The notes: generated by a model not told the origin, from the sequence alone. A stretch of DNA of 58,308 nucleotides, filler included, from Basidiobolus meristosporus CBS 931.73 (GCA_002104905.1; 2 parts of 2 records of this genome joined end to end with filler, not necessarily neighbours in it); one strand, 5' to 3'. Shown: positions 22,201-35,056, counted from the first letter of the whole stretch. Made by a program: numbers and translations.

Positions 22201-24089
22201 TCCCAAGATTTTCTGAGATAGCAGAACCAATCTACCGACTACAGAGAAAGAATACCCCATTTATCTGGGGAGAAGAGCAAGAAGAAGCCATGCAATTACT
22301 GAAAGAGGCCTTAGTATCTCCACCAGTTCTAAGACCTCTTGACTATCAAAACACTGAATGCCCGCCTATTTTGACAGTGGATGCAAGCCCCATAGGAGCT
22401 GGAGCACTACTTGGACAAGATGATGAAGATGGCAACCGCTATGCCTGCAGATATGAGAGCTGCCTATTCTCTCCTAGAGAACAAAGATACTCACAGATTA
22501 AGAGAGAACTACTAGGAGTTGTGAAGATGCTGAGGAAACTGAAGTCACAACTCTACATGACACATTTTATCCTGGAGACAGATGCCAAGCCACTTATAGG
22601 AATGATCAACAAGCCTGACCTACCTGATGATGCCACAAACCGATGGATGGCATGGCTGAAAATGTTTGACTTTGAGGTCAAACATATCCCTGGCAAGACA
22701 AATGTTGTGGCTGATGCACTCTCCAGGAAGGGACCACAATTATTTGAAGACTTGGACCCTCACTTTGATGATATTATTGATGCAGAGATCCGACAGATTG
22801 CCATCAAAGACCAAGAGAGAACTACCTGGAGTCTGATCAAGGAATATCTAAGGACACTTAAGAAACCTAGTTGGATGGATATTCAGGAGTTTAGAAAACT
22901 CAGGAAGAAGGCACACCACTACTATCTTAAAGATGATCTTCTCTTTAAGCGAGTGAAGCCTGGACTTATGCCAAGAAGAGTAGTCACCACCCCTCAAGAG
23001 CAACTGAACATCATGACAAGTATCCACCAAGGAGAACCAGGAGGACATAGAGGACGAGAAGCCACATACAATACCACAGCTCAGAGGTACTACTGGGAAA
23101 ACATGTACTATGATGTCCAGCACTTTGTTGAGTCATGTGTAGCCTGCCAGAAGAGATCCTCCAAGCGTTATGAAGAACCACTGCATCCTACTTACACAAT
23201 CTGTCTATGGCAAAAGGTTGGTATTGACCTTGTCCACATGCCAACAGCTGGATCAAAAAAGTACCTGATTGTTGCTAGAGATGACCTTAGTGGATGGGCA
23301 GAGGCTCGAGCCTTGCCCAACAACAAGAGCCATACCATATGGAGATTTATACTTGAAGACATCATCTGCAGATTTGGCTGCATCCGACAGTTTGTTGCTG
23401 ACAGAGGAGAGATGACATCCCAAATGATCCAGGAGTTGTGCTCAAAGTACAAGATACACATAGCTTTCACAACAGCTTACCACCCTCAAGCCAATGGAAT
23501 GATAGAGAGAGGACATGGACCATTGGTGAACTCTCTTGTCAAGGCCTGTGAGAATAACACAACACTGTGGCCACAGCAATTACATCTTGCACTGTGGGCA
23601 GATAGAATTACTACCAAGAGAACAACTGGATTATCGCCATTCAAGCTACTCTATGGACATGACTGCATACTACCAGTTGAGTTAAACACAGTCACTTGGA
23701 ACTCATTGAATTGGAGATCCGATATGCAGACTGAAGACCTCCTTGCAACTCGCATACAGCAACTTGATCACCATGACTTGAATATTAGCAGAGCTGCTGA
23801 ACAACTTAAGGACACACGACTAAAGAACAAGGTGCCCTTTGACAAATCACACCCAACAAGGCCAAAACCACTATCACTAGGAGACCCAGTATTACTCTAT
23901 GATTCTACCTTGGACAAGCAATGGAGTCGGAAGTTTGACAACAAATGGACTGGCCCCTACCTCATTTCCAAAGTGATTGGAAATGGAAGTTATTACATAT
24001 CTGAGCTTGACAACACCCAGTTGAGAGCACCAGTTGCTGGAAATCGACTTAAGTTATTCAAGCATAGGAATTTTGCACATCAAGATTAG
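19236..24089 (+). CDS. Gag-Pol polyprotein family B (1617 aa, no chromodomain)
   Basis: Knuckle CIWCDSTQHARQEC; protease HIDSGSEIC; RT FVDDIGIKG; RNase H VDASPIGAGALL; integrase H..GGHRG..CVACQ, GIDLVH, VADRGE, MIERGH; GPY motif. Confidence 0.97.
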   Translation: MNSMPLPLSHGAPQFDGKNVESFIFKWEKLCKMCSLSEQEMAEDFPYYCTDDITTKLLRQGDILTDWALMKTYLQTEYGRPQIYYGIEDLRHFGRTGLSKLPLEEFIQQYEDMAKPLLESQAITEFTMTLYLAQGLPQDLARKVDLHAAKDDKSGIPCFAEMKRVLLEAKQTSTFMRLLTSNLPDQSTKEPRSAAADNQTYTTDRIDQLAEQLQKLALKINGSAEVPTEGQRPLPRHCIWCDSTQHARQECSELSQLLREGAVQFDADGMLADKEGRRIPTNFRRGGMRALFQKSDSATRKITVDAPIGTHKVNPSSSDNRQYEVDAFATKRHLPEEPAKPILRRPRFEEPEVVIDKRPSMLPTQDPLPHFQMTSKITSYSSPQLITEKLLKQNLTLSVGEIMSVSPSVRKTFDEQLRTRRQAVEHMDTHIIHTNHEDHQKDDNTTEYKTFYSVATAVVKGYIYDDPVDCHIDSGSEICVMPLDFWKTLRSKELLPVDRDIGWNMTDANSGSSPLYGVVHKFPIEVQGIKVWLPLFICQKANFDLLLGRPWETSTKATTTNYSDGSVWYTIQGSNPGLQSTFCGVTPNNKRTHTACQKTHLVMEEDEEPDNIHPNIWSCSLGIQEQTAMVRTKYKTVEQKIRPSLTPLTDGSQPADYIRPPEETPDDTRLTPERLKQLIIGDGNLTPEEILLFKETLKRHDKVFSYNDKEMGLLKTSVEKPIKIHTVPHTPWSFKPYPLPRGLQADVHDLLKKKIEAGILEPCHGPYANRWFVTKKKNGKLRFIQDMQPANAVTIRDAAIPPSIDDFAESFSGHSIYSTYDLYSGYDQIPLDETSRDMFALQTPFGLLRMTRLSQGATNSVAQFQRCMVNVLYQFIPEKLAVFVDDIGIKGSKFRDTTEVMPGVRKFVYDHIADNDAILGAIEEAGLTISGEKSSFGVSEISIVGQKCNTFGRSPGDSKTQKICNWPTPTNLTQARGFVAACGFFRIWIPRFSEIAEPIYRLQRKNTPFIWGEEQEEAMQLLKEALVSPPVLRPLDYQNTECPPILTVDASPIGAGALLGQDDEDGNRYACRYESCLFSPREQRYSQIKRELLGVVKMLRKLKSQLYMTHFILETDAKPLIGMINKPDLPDDATNRWMAWLKMFDFEVKHIPGKTNVVADALSRKGPQLFEDLDPHFDDIIDAEIRQIAIKDQERTTWSLIKEYLRTLKKPSWMDIQEFRKLRKKAHHYYLKDDLLFKRVKPGLMPRRVVTTPQEQLNIMTSIHQGEPGGHRGREATYNTTAQRYYWENMYYDVQHFVESCVACQKRSSKRYEEPLHPTYTICLWQKVGIDLVHMPTAGSKKYLIVARDDLSGWAEARALPNNKSHTIWRFILEDIICRFGCIRQFVADRGEMTSQMIQELCSKYKIHIAFTTAYHPQANGMIERGHGPLVNSLVKACENNTTLWPQQLHLALWADRITTKRTTGLSPFKLLYGHDCILPVELNTVTWNSLNWRSDMQTEDLLATRIQQLDHHDLNISRAAEQLKDTRLKNKVPFDKSHPTRPKPLSLGDPVLLYDSTLDKQWSRKFDNKWTGPYLISKVIGNGSYYISELDNTQLRAPVAGNRLKLFKHRNFAHQD

Positions 24090-24128
24090 TTTGCTTTGAC
24101 CCAAGTTCAAAGCTGAGAGGGGGGTGGA

Positions 24129-27100
24129 TGTAGTGGGGTGACAGTGACACCCACTGACAGATGTGCTCATTCCCTTATTTTCTACTTCCCTATATCCCTA
24201 CTACACTCATTTTAGTTTTATCCCATTTGTCTTACCCAATCAGTACTATCCCATAAGCCGGTTGACTATCACACCTGCTTACCTTATTGCATAAGTTACC
24301 CCTCACTTTATGTAAGATTACTAGTTACAAGTGCTTCTATATTAGGCAAGTACCCGCGCCAGTACCCGTGACACATGATCAACCCGTGTCACCATCCCTA
24401 CCATTTCCATACCATATATGGTATCCCCATGTTACACAGGTTTCAGAATACTGATTCCTGATTGGTTGGATGTGCTGTGCCTCTTAGAACCTTCCGGCAC
24501 CTACTTAGAACATTCTTAGGTCATTCTGATGTCATTAAGATTTCTATTGAACTCCGGAACCTTCTGGAACACCATGATTAGTAATCACTTAGCCAGTGAA
24601 GAAAAGTATATAAGGGAGGCTATCCCTCAACAATAAATCATCATCCCTTTTATCAATATACCGACTTGTTGATTAGTGTGATCACTGCTACCTGCTGCTA
24701 CCTGAACTTCCAACCCTAGACCACAGGACACTCCCAGGAAACCGCGCTGACAGCCAACTGACCTTGGAGGCACTACTTGTGAGGAATACTCAGAGTAGGT
24801 ATCTTTTATTATATTTGATTCTTTCCCAAGTTTGTTCTTGTACAGGCAAAGATACTTTTCTGTCTTTGTAACTATTGACCAAAGCTGCATTCTTATCAAG
24901 TCCCTGCTGGTGGAGTTTACAGTTGTTTTGACTTTGGAAGCTTTAGTACATTGTCATCTCAAAGGACGCTGAACCCAGCACATACTTTTGTTAAGACGCC
25001 AACTAAGTTGGGGATTGTAGCTCAATAGTTTTCCCTTGACAAGCTTGTGGCTTTATTCCCCTTCACATTAGATTAGAGACAGAACCCAAGTATTCCTAGC
25101 AAGCTTTTGCCAGAGGTTATCGCACCCAGTGAACACCCCACACACAAAACACTTGAGAAGTGTTGGACGTATCTCTCCCTTGGACCTATACACCACCACA
25201 TATTTGGCACCCAACGTGGGGGGTTCATACAAGCTCCCTAGGACCCAACAAGATTTACCTGAAGATTTGAGCTGTTATCCACCTATTGAAAAGAGACTAC
25301 CGATATTACCAAGATTACAACACCAACCTACCTGCCCAATATGAACTCTATGCCATTACCACTCTCACATGGAGCCCCACAGTTTGATGGAAAGAATGTG
25401 GAAAGCTTCATATTCAAATGGGAGAAGCTCTGCAAGATGTGCAGCCTATCTGAACAAGAAATGGCTGAAGACTTCCCCTACTACTGCACCAATGATATTA
25501 CCACTAAGCTTCTCAGACAAGGAGACATTCTCACTGACTGGGCCTTAATGAAGACCTACCTACAGACCGAGTATGGTAGACCCCAGATATACTATGGAAT
25601 TGAAGACCTCAGGCACTTTGGAAGAACTGGACTCTCCAAGCTACCACTTGAAGAGTTCATTCAACAGTATGAAGATATGGCCAAGCCACTCCTAGAGTCC
25701 CAGGCTATAACTGAGTTTACCATGACACTTTACCTTGCACAAGGGCTTCCCCAGGACTTGGCAAGGAAAGTTGACTTACAGGCAGCCAAGGATGACAAGT
25801 CTGGCATTCCATGCTTTGCAGAGGTGAAACGTGTTCTCCTAGAGGCAAAGCAAACTTCTACCTTTATGAGACTCCTGACATCTAATCTGCCAGACCAGTC
25901 AACCAAGGAGCCAAGGAGTGCTGCTGCTGACAATCAGACCTACACTACTGACAGAATTGACCAACTTGCTGAACAGCTACAGAAGCTAGCCCTCAAGATT
26001 AATGGCTCTGCTGAGGTTGCTACTGAGGGACAAAGACCTTTGCCCAGGCACTGCATCTGGTGTGACTCTACTCAGCATGCCAGACGAGAATGCTCAGAGC
26101 TTAGTCAGCTACTCAGAGAAGGAGCAGTACAGTTTGATGCTGATGGAATGCTTGCTGACAAGGAAGGAAGAAGGATTCCCACTAATTTCCGAAGAGGAGG
26201 GATGAGAGCCCTTTTCCATAAATCTGACTCAGCAACCAGAAAGATTACTGTTGATGCCCCTATTGGGACTCATAAAGTGAATCCAAGCAGCCCTGACAAC
26301 AGACAATATGAAGTTGATGCCTTTGCTACCAAAAGACACCTCCCTGAAGAACCTGCCAAACCCATCCTTAGAAGACCATGATTTGAAGAACCTGAAGTTG
26401 TTATTGACAAGAGGCCTAGTATGCTGCCCACCCAAGATCCATTGCCTCACTTTCAGATGACCTCAAAGATAACAAGCTACTCAAGCCCTCAACTGATTAC
26501 TGAGAAGCTGCTGAAGCAGAACCTCACTTTGTCGGTTGGAGAAATCATGAGTGTATCCCCATCTGTTAGGAAGACCTTTGATGAGCAGCTTAGAACAAGA
26601 CGACAAGCTGTTGAACATATGGACACCCATATTATTCACACAAACCATGAAGACCACCAAAAAGATGACAACACTACTGAGTATAAGACCTTTTACTCAG
26701 TTGCAACTGCTGTGGTGAAAGGATATATATATGATGACCCTGTTGACTGCCATATTGACAGTGGCTCAGAGATTTGTGTTATGCCGCTAGACTTCTGGAA
26801 GACACTTAGAAGCAAGGAGCTACTGCCTGTTGATAGAGATATTGGATGGAACATGACTGATGCAAACTCAGGATCTAGTCCACTCTACGGTGTAGTGCAC
26901 AAGTTCCCTATTGAGGTACAAGGAATCAAGGTCTGGCTTCCCCTCTTCATCTGCCAGAAGGCAAACTTTGACCTTCTGCTAGGTAGACCATGGGAAACCA
27001 GTACTAAGGCTACAACTACCAACTATTCCGATGGGTCAGTATGGTACACCATACAAGGATCCAATCCAGGACTACAGTCAACCTTCTGTGGTGTAACACC

Positions 27101-27918
27101 CAACAATAAGAGGACACATACTGCTTGCCAGAAGACACATCTTGTTATGGAAGAAGATGAAGAGCCTGACAATATACACCCCAACATTTGGAGCTGCTCA
27201 TTAGGTATACAGGAGCAAACAGCTATGGTTCGAACAAAATACAAGACAGTAGAACAGAAGATTAGACCATCACTTACACCTTTGACTGATGGATCCCGAC
27301 CTGCTGATTACATTAGACCACCAGAAGAAACACCAGATGATACACGACTTACACCTGAGAGACTTAAGCAACTTATCATTGGTGATGGAAACCTTACACC
27401 AGAGGAGATACTATTATTTAAGGAGACCTTGAAAAGGCATGATAAGGTCTTCTCATATAATGACAAGGAGATGGGACTCTTAAAGACATCGGTTGAAAAA
27501 CCCATCAAGATTCATACAGTGCCCCACACACCCTGGTCATTTAAGCCTTACCCACTGCCCAGAGGACTCCAAGCTGATGTGCATGACCTACTTAAGAAGA
27601 AGATAGAAGCTGGTATCCTAGAACCTTGCCATGGGCCCTATGCTAACAGATGGTTTGTAACCAAAAAGAAGAATGGAAAGCTCCGATTCATTCAAGACAT
27701 GCAACCTGCAAATGCTGTCACTATCAGAGATGCTGCTATACCTCCATCTATTGATGAATTTGCAGAAAGCTTTAGTGCCACTCCATCTACTCAACATACG
27801 ATCTCTACTCAGGATATGACCAGATTCCCCTTGATGAGACATCAAGAGATATGTTTGCACTACAGACACCATTTGGACTATTAAGGATGACAAGACTCAG
27901 CCAAGGGGCTACAAACTC
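24129..27918 (+). mobile_element. Second, tandem family-B copy sharing the middle LTR; inactivated and cut by the assembly gap
   Basis: LTR 24129-25200 is followed by a PBS and gag-pro-RT again; CGA>TGA stop at 26379-26381; 1-bp deletion near 27777 (agtgccact vs agtggccact); 21 bp longer leader than copy 1. Confidence 0.9.
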
Positions 27919-28018
27919 NNNNNNNNNNNNNNNNNNNNNNNNNNNNNNNNNNNNNNNNNNNNTTAATTAATTAANNNNNNNNNNNNNNNNNNNNNNNNNN
28001 NNNNNNNNNNNNNNNNNN
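27919..28018. other. Assembly gap with TTAATTAATTAA six-frame-stop linker
   Basis: 100 positions: Ns with TTAATTAATTAA at 27963-27974. Confidence 0.97.
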
Positions 28019-28720
28019 ATCTTCAATGTTACTATGCTCAAGGGCTTTAATATGGTTGAAGATCCTTAATGGCTGGTATCCATTTATTCTTTGAGGACAG
28101 TACTTTGCAATATGTCCCTGCTGGTGGCAAATAAAGTAAAGTCCTTTCTTCTTACATTCTTTTGAGGTGTAATTCTTCTGCATAGCGTCTATTCCCATTG
28201 GCACTGCTTCTGGTTGTCTTCTTTCATATTGATTGTAGCCTCTGTGATTAGTCATTGTGGGCTTCCCAACTTGTAACATAGCCAAGTCATAGTCAATGGC
28301 AATCTTAATGACTTCATCAATAGTCTGAGGTCTTTGATAATTCACTTCCTTACAAGTTCTTTCTTTCAGCCCATCAATAAAGTATTCAACCTGATCCAGG
28401 GGGTTCACTCATTCAATTTGTCCATATACACATCTATATTCATAGATGTACTCTTGGACCATTCCTTTCTGTCTGAGTGTCTTCAGCTTTCTTCTTAGTA
28501 GTGTCTGCTGGTGTGGGGGTTCAAAGGATCCAGAATTTTCAACACAAACTCATCCCAGGTAAAGACCATAGAGCATCCCATTATGGTGGCTGACCTGCTC
28601 CTATTGTGGTACCACTGTAGAGTTGCATCTGCCAGGTAAGATGCTGCATATTGTAACTTGCTTTCTGGAGCAATCCCTTAGCCTAGAAAGCTTCTTCAAT
28701 CCAGAAGAGCCAAGTTCCCA
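28019..28720 (-). pseudogene. Degenerate gag of a third Ty3/gypsy family (C)
   Basis: SFEPPHQQTLLRRKLKTLRQKG..NPLDQVEYFIDGLK..P.TIDEVIKIAIDYD..VPMGIDAM..FICHQQGHIAKYCP; internal stops. Confidence 0.8.
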
Positions 28721-28961
28721 GGTTTTCATTGACTCTACCATGGTACTGGTTGACATACACACTAAAGTTGCACTTGACAGGGTTTTGCTGGTTTGGCACC
28801 ATGGTAGTCATTTGTTGTTGCTGCTGGCTAAGGATCTGGTGTAACTGTTGCTGTTAGGCCAGGATATGCCGCAAAGCATTCTTTCATTCTTGATTTTCTG
28901 ACATCTTGGGAAAGGCTTCTTATTCTTCAGGAGGGAGGTTTCTGGTTATTGCTGCTATCAA

Positions 28962-29240
28962 GGTTACATGTCCTAGTATAAGAGTTGTAGAGGAACAGGG
29001 AGCTTAGCTAGTACTGTATTCACCAAATCTTGAACTGATTTTTATTGAGTTTCCAGCAGCTCCTTATATACATTTTGCTAGATTGATTGCTGACTAATTA
29101 GAATTTCCTATTGTAGGTTGTGGCTGATAACTCATTTGATTGCATAGTTATCACCCAATAGGATCCTACTTAACATTTCTATTTCTGTCTCATAAAGATC
29201 TGCTGATTCATTTGCTGACTAATACTACTGATCCAATAGA
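28962..29240 (-). repeat. 5' LTR (partial) of family C
   Basis: Ends TGTAACC, followed by TGATAGCAGC (initiator-Met-like PBS TGGTAGCAG with one change); homologous to 30850-31117. Outer boundary approximate. Confidence 0.55.
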
Positions 29241-29244
29241 TAAT

Positions 29245-29455
29245 GGACTTGTTCCATCATTCCAGCTGATCATAGTGCCCAATAGTGCCATAGCATGCCA
29301 GATGGTCCCTGATCATACCACAGAGTGCCAGATGGTGCCATACAGTGCCAATTTGGGATCAAAATTGACATGCATATGACCCTAAAATATCAAATTAATA
29401 ACAAAATATACAGCACTTTCTGGCACTATGATCAATGGCACAATGGAACAAGTCT
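29245..29455. mobile_element. Short MITE (211 bp) with the same termini as the foldback family
   Basis: GACTTGTTCCAT...ATGGAACAAGTC inverted ends, internal GTGCCA repeats, flanks AAT/TAT. Confidence 0.8.
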
Positions 29456-29989
29456 TATGCTGATATACTAATAGGCTAAACATATAACTAATTAACTTGA
29501 CTAAAAGCGGATCTAGCTTAAACATTCAAGTGGAAGATTATAACAGATGTAAAAAGTTCTTCCCTATGTTGCCAATTCAAATTCATATTCTTCTATTAAT
29601 ACATAGCTCCAACCCTCTGTAATACCATATTTTATTTCTTCATAAAACGGTACTATAGGTTCTGACTTTGAATTGAGCTTTGGAAATATGTATTTTCCTT
29701 GGGTCATCACGTCATGGATTTGCTTTCCAGGATCACAATGTTTTATACCCACTTTATAAAACCTGGATGCAACTCTAAAATTTTTGTATGTCACATATTT
29801 GTAGAAGATTTCATGCCATATAAGTTTCTTGAATGGTAAAAGAAGACTTTCTGCATTAGGATATATTTGTTAAGTAACTTTTTAGCTGCTAAATGATACC
29901 AAATAGTTCAATATTTCAGCATACCTTGGTCAGATAACCAATCCAATACCAAATAGCCCAGCTTTTCAACACAATATGCCATACTACTG

Positions 29990-30700
29990 CATTGCCATTT
30001 GTGCAACCCTTTAGCAATCACACTATGGCTTTATGTCAATGGTCATATACTGGCCCCTATCTTTCCTGGTCCTTAGCTGGATCTGCATACTTTAACCCCC
30101 ATCTGCCAGTCTTTACAAGCAGTCCTTGTAATGCTCAATTGTGTTTCTTCTGCACTGCTCCTGAAGTAGTGGTGCTTATTGAAACTAAATATCCACTGTA
30201 TGCATTGCAATTCTTTTCTGAGCTCTTAATAGCATTACTTTGCTGTCAATAGACTCTCTACTGTGCCTACAATAGAAGATGTGGAGGCAGCAGTAGACAA
30301 AGTGCTTGTCTCTGTACACTCATCTATGGTATTACAGCATAGCACAGCTGGCTGCATGCTATACACAAAAGAAAATAGCTGTTGGAGAGATTCTGGTTAG
30401 GGTTATCAGCTTTGCCTGCAATAGGTCTTGAGGAAGGCACTATCTCTTAGCTGTGGCACTCTTGCTCTTCTGCCTTGAGATTCTCTGCTAATCAGGAGTA
30501 ACATTCTCAAGTAGTCAGTGCTGGTCCAAGATTTGTTTGCTTATTTGAGTCCAGGATAATAGACCTGCTGTGCTCAATGGTAGCCCATGGGAGCCAGACA
30601 GTTTGTAGGGCCAAATTGATCTGTCACAATATGCCACCATCTGGCACTGTAGTTTCTACTATGATGCAAGTGGTAGGAAAGAGTTACTGGTAATATTATG
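29990..30700 (-). pseudogene. Strongly diverged copy of the CMC-element accessory gene
   Basis: 30000-30130 resembles 31930-32060; 30470-30570 resembles 32560-32660. Confidence 0.55.
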
Positions 30701-30849
30701 CAATCTTACTTGTGCTGCTAAGAATAATGCTTGTCTTGCTTTGTATATTCTGTTTAGACCTTCTGCTAGAATGTTCAAGTTACATTAGGTTTAATCAAAT
30801 CAATTAGCTTTGTGCTTAACCTATCAGTATTTCAGTGTTTTCTATCAAG

Positions 30850-31117
30850 TCCGTAATATTAGTCAGCAGATGAATCAGCAAATCCTTATCAAGCCAAAAT
30901 TGATATACTAAGTAAGACCTAATTGAGTGAAGATGATGAACTCAGAGAAGTCATCAGTAACAATTTACATTAGGACATACAATTAGTCAGCAATTGATCT
31001 GGCAAAATGTGTATAAGGAGCTGTTGGAGCCTGAATAAAAATCAGTGCAGGGTCAGTGAATACAATACTAGCTAGACTTTCCATTCCTCTTCAACACTTT
31101 TATCAAGACTTGTAACA
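30850..31117 (+). repeat. Diverged LTR of family C (probably solo)
   Basis: tattagtcagcagatgaatcagc..gtataaggagctgttgga..aataaaaatcagt..ctagcta..TGTAACA matches the reverse complement of 28962-29230. Start approximate. Confidence 0.6.
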
Positions 31118-34100
31118 ACTTTTTGTAATGCTCCAGAAGCATTTCTCTCCATAGCTGTCTTATTGTATTAATATAATGGACATCAGTAAGTTTCTTGACC
31201 ATTTCCTATTCTGCAGTTTTATTCTATGATAGACTTTCCTCAACATATATCTGCTAATATACTGAATCTCCTGAGGTTTACATCAGTAGGCTCTAATCTC
31301 ACTATAAAATGATTGAATAACATGCTATAGAGCTTCTGCTGCTTGCCAAGCGCAACATTTCTTGGCTTCTATCAGCTGCTATACATCCTAGTCCCTGACA
31401 ATCCTCTGTTGTATAAGCTAAGCCTCCAATACATTTCTCCCCTATGAAAAAGTATTGAAATGATCCCATCAAAAGGTCTTCACATATTTAAAGTCCCATG
31501 ACTAAGAGGCACCAATACTGACAGGACACAGTCTAGAGACCATTGAACAGTAATTGCACCCTGGATTTCACAAAAAACTTGGTCAAAATTTCTCATCATA
31601 ACAATGTATAAGTAGCTTTTCATTAGTTCCCTGCCAATTTGCTCACTCTTTGATCCCAGACACTCCATTGCCTCCTACATTTGTGTGCATTGATTGACCA
31701 TTGCCTCTTTTTCAAATTTCTTACTACTTGACTCAACTGTTGCTCTTACTTTTCATGCATACAAATTGATTTATTTCCGTAGAAACTTCAGTTATACATC
31801 AATTCCCAATTGTATTGGCCTATACAAGTCCCTATACCCTACACTAACATTAAGACCAGCCCCATACTCAAAAAGTAACTCCATTAAGATTCCCCACTCA
31901 ATAAGTGTTTCTGCTGTAACACTCTGGTTCCACAACTCTGGCAGGAATGCAACAGCTTTGTGCCACTGTTCATTCACTGGTTCCCACACATCCTGGTCTT
32001 CAGCTGGTACTGCAAGGTCTAGCACCGCATCTGCCAGTCTTTGCAATAAATCCTTGCAATATTCCAGTTTGCTTGCCTCCCTGTCTCAGGCTTGGGAAGA
32101 CACTTTTCCCTATACCTTTTCCTTTATCACCACTAAGTCTTTCACTGCTACTTTGTCTGAGTGCTTCTTGTACAGAACTATGTTCTCTCCTGGATAAATT
32201 CTGCTCTGGTGCATCTGTTTTGGCCTGCGTGTCCCTTGCTGGCACTCTTCTGGCAACCTGATGTTTCTTTTCCCCTTGTTTTGGGCTCTCAAATATAGCT
32301 GTGACAGGCACCTGTAAAAGCAACTGGTTTTTATCACTGCCAGGTCCTTCACTGCTGCTTTGACTGGGTGCTTCTTGAGTGGTGCTGCACTTTTTCCTTG
32401 ATAAATGTTGTGCAGGTTCATCCATGTCTGCTTGCTTGTCCCTACTTGTCACTCTTCCAGCTACCTGACATCTCTTTGATGCTTGTCTGGAGCTTTTGGC
32501 CCTGCATGTAACAGGCTCTTGAGGAAGCCACTGGCTTTTAGCCATGGCACCCTTGTTCTTCTGCCTTTGATAGTTTCTGCTATTCTTAAGATACTTTCTT
32601 AGCACACCAATGCTGGCCAAAAATCCATTTGCCTGTTTGAATCCAGGATAATGCTCATGGACCAAGTGAAGTGCATTCTGCTTGGCCTTGAGTTTCCTGA
32701 TAGTTCCATGGTTTGCCAGCCTTAAGGTGATGGCATGCTAGACTTTTGACGGACTCTTGTATATTAGCCTACTCTTCATTATTACACTCAACAGCTTCAT
32801 GGATCTTCAATGACTTTTAATTTTTAGGCATTGATATAAACACCATGTTGTCTCCCTCCCATGCTGTGATAAGTTTTTCTGTGGGTTTTATCTTTGGGCA
32901 CTATTGTTGTGTGCTAAAGACTGTACAGTGTTCCTCTGCTGTGACATTGGGAAATGGCTCAATTCTTGGCTGTGACATTGAGCTACTTGAGTCCTTCTTT
33001 GCAGCAAAGATACTACTTTCACTACCTTAAATAATGATTGCTCTACACATATTATCCACTCATCCTGTTACTGGACAATTTCCTGATTTCTCTGGGCCAT
33101 TGCATCTATCCTATCAGTCACTGCCCCTAATTGCTTCATTAATGCTTTGGTATGAGCTGACACCATACTTGCTAATATTGGTGGTGGTGATGTTATCACA
33201 GACACTTGCTGGTCTTCAACTGAGGGTACTGTGTTTGCTATATTCTCATCTGCCTGAGCATAACAGTCAGCTTGTGGCTCCACAGAGGTTCTCCATTGCG
33301 TACTTGACTGAGAGCCTGAGGAGTCCGCATTATTACCTTCAATGGGCACACTATCCACAGGGCCTTTTTTGGATGTAGCTCTGCTTGTTGCACTGAATGT
33401 CAAAGTAAGCTGTTGTCCAACTGTTCCTCGGTTGCCGTCAGCGTTGAGGTTTGGTTGGGAACCAGACAATTTTGCTTTAATTTTTGGTGGCATAAATATG
33501 GAAGCAAGTCAAACCAAAGGGGAAATAGTGTTACATATACTTGTATATGTGGTGCTGCAACTTTATTTATAATGCTTACTATGGCATGTTGTCATTGAAA
33601 CTTACATTGATGTAGATGCAAAGTCTCAAATACAAGACTGTCTTAAGTTCACATGAATATTGACCAAAAGGTGATATAATAGCATTACATTGTTGAAGGT
33701 CAAACTGTTTTCCCCATGGACAAGGCTACTTTGACTCAACACTATAAGAGAAGTGAAAAAAGACCATGTGGCTATTGTGGCAAGCCTCTCAGCCATGAAG
33801 CACACAGACAGTATAGGTGGTATTACAAGGAGCATTGCCTGTGTTTTGTCACCCAAGTGATATTTGACCATTAATTGGTACTATTGTACCAACATTATCT
33901 TGCTGGCCAGGTGATACTTCAGCATTGGCACCTGGCCATCTTTGTCACCTTAAGCAAACTGAGTCTGGTGAGCTTGTGATGCCTTTAGGCTCACCTCAGC
34001 CTTCTGAATATGGCATGCAGAGTGATAGCTCTCACAAAGAAGGTTCACTGATGGATTTGGAGCATATCTCCCATAACAACAGCTCTACATATGAGCCCAG

Positions 34101-34637
34101 TCAAATCCCTATATGCAATGAGACAACACTGGTTGAAACAAATGTCAAGGATACTATATGGAGCCAAGCAAGCCCAGTAGTCCATCTACTGGTGAAGGAT
34201 GTAATGTTGTGGCTAGAGAAGTGGTGTGTTTCTACTAATATCAGTAATGGGGGCTTTGAGGATTTATTACTACATCTTGCAAAAATCATACCGGGATGCA
34301 ACTTACCATGTACATGGTACAAGTGGACAGCTGTCATGCAGCTGGCAACATGTGATCCAGAGACTGTCCAGATTCCAGTATGTGTTAACAGTTGCATGGC
34401 ATTCACATCCAAAAATGCTACCATTGCAACATATCCAAATTGTCAGAAATCCACCACCATTGAGGGAAAACATTGTTCACACTCCGGATATATTCCGGTC
34501 ATACCCTGTCTGAGAATCCTAATGCAGTCCAACAAATATTGCAAAGCTATAAAGTACCTCTCTCAGTATCAATCAGGTGCAAACATATCTGATATATTCA
34601 ATGGCAAACATTACAAACAGCTAAGAAGCTGAGGCAC

Positions 34638-35056
34638 AATCTTAATTTTGTTGATACACACACTAAACCAACAGGTTCAGTAATCTTTATTTATATTTAT
34701 CTGATCAAGTGGAATTAGTAAATGTCAAGGGACTGGACTAATTGAAATCTGTTGGGGTGTTGATAGGTGCATAAGATAAGTGAAAAATTGCAACATTAAT
34801 CAGCTGATGTCTTGGCAATTACTAAGTGGTTGGGTAGATATCAGAAGACTAATTCTTTGGAAAGGCCTGGCAGATCAGTAGAGGACATAATGAACACTTG
34901 AGAATTGATCAGATGTGACAGCTAAAAATAGATCCCAAGAAGTGAAAAAATAAAGCATAACTGGGATTAGTTATGTTTGGATTAGGGAAAATCAGTTAGG
35001 GTACTAGATTTCTAATGGAGTGAAATTGACTAAGTTTTAAATGTTGATGCACAACA
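34638..35056 (-). repeat. Truncated, diverged LTR of the chromovirus family
   Basis: Reverse complement starts TGTTGTGCATCAACATTTAAAACTTAG and follows 7794-8212; interrupts the transposase of CMC copy 1. Confidence 0.85.

Larger units (their letters stand above)
18045..25200 (+). mobile_element. Ty3/gypsy LTR retrotransposon family B, complete copy
   Basis: 1072-bp LTRs 18045-19116 and 24129-25200 (TGTAGT...CCACA; about 3 differences seen); PBS at 19121; PPT GAGAGGGGGGTGGA before 24129; intact 1617-aa ORF. Confidence 0.96.

Noticed and set aside
8531-27918. RIP-like mutation of the repeats
   Set aside because: Long ORFs stay open and the lesions are at CpG, not CpA>TpA.
27963-27974. TTAATTAATTAA palindrome and the X-ending ORF 27971-28408
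   Set aside because: Artificial scaffold linker inside Ns; no adjacency across the gap can be inferred.
29270-29350. Regularly spaced GTGCCA repeats resembling a CRISPR-like array
   Set aside because: Short subterminal repeats of the MITE family in a eukaryotic context; no constant repeat-spacer structure.
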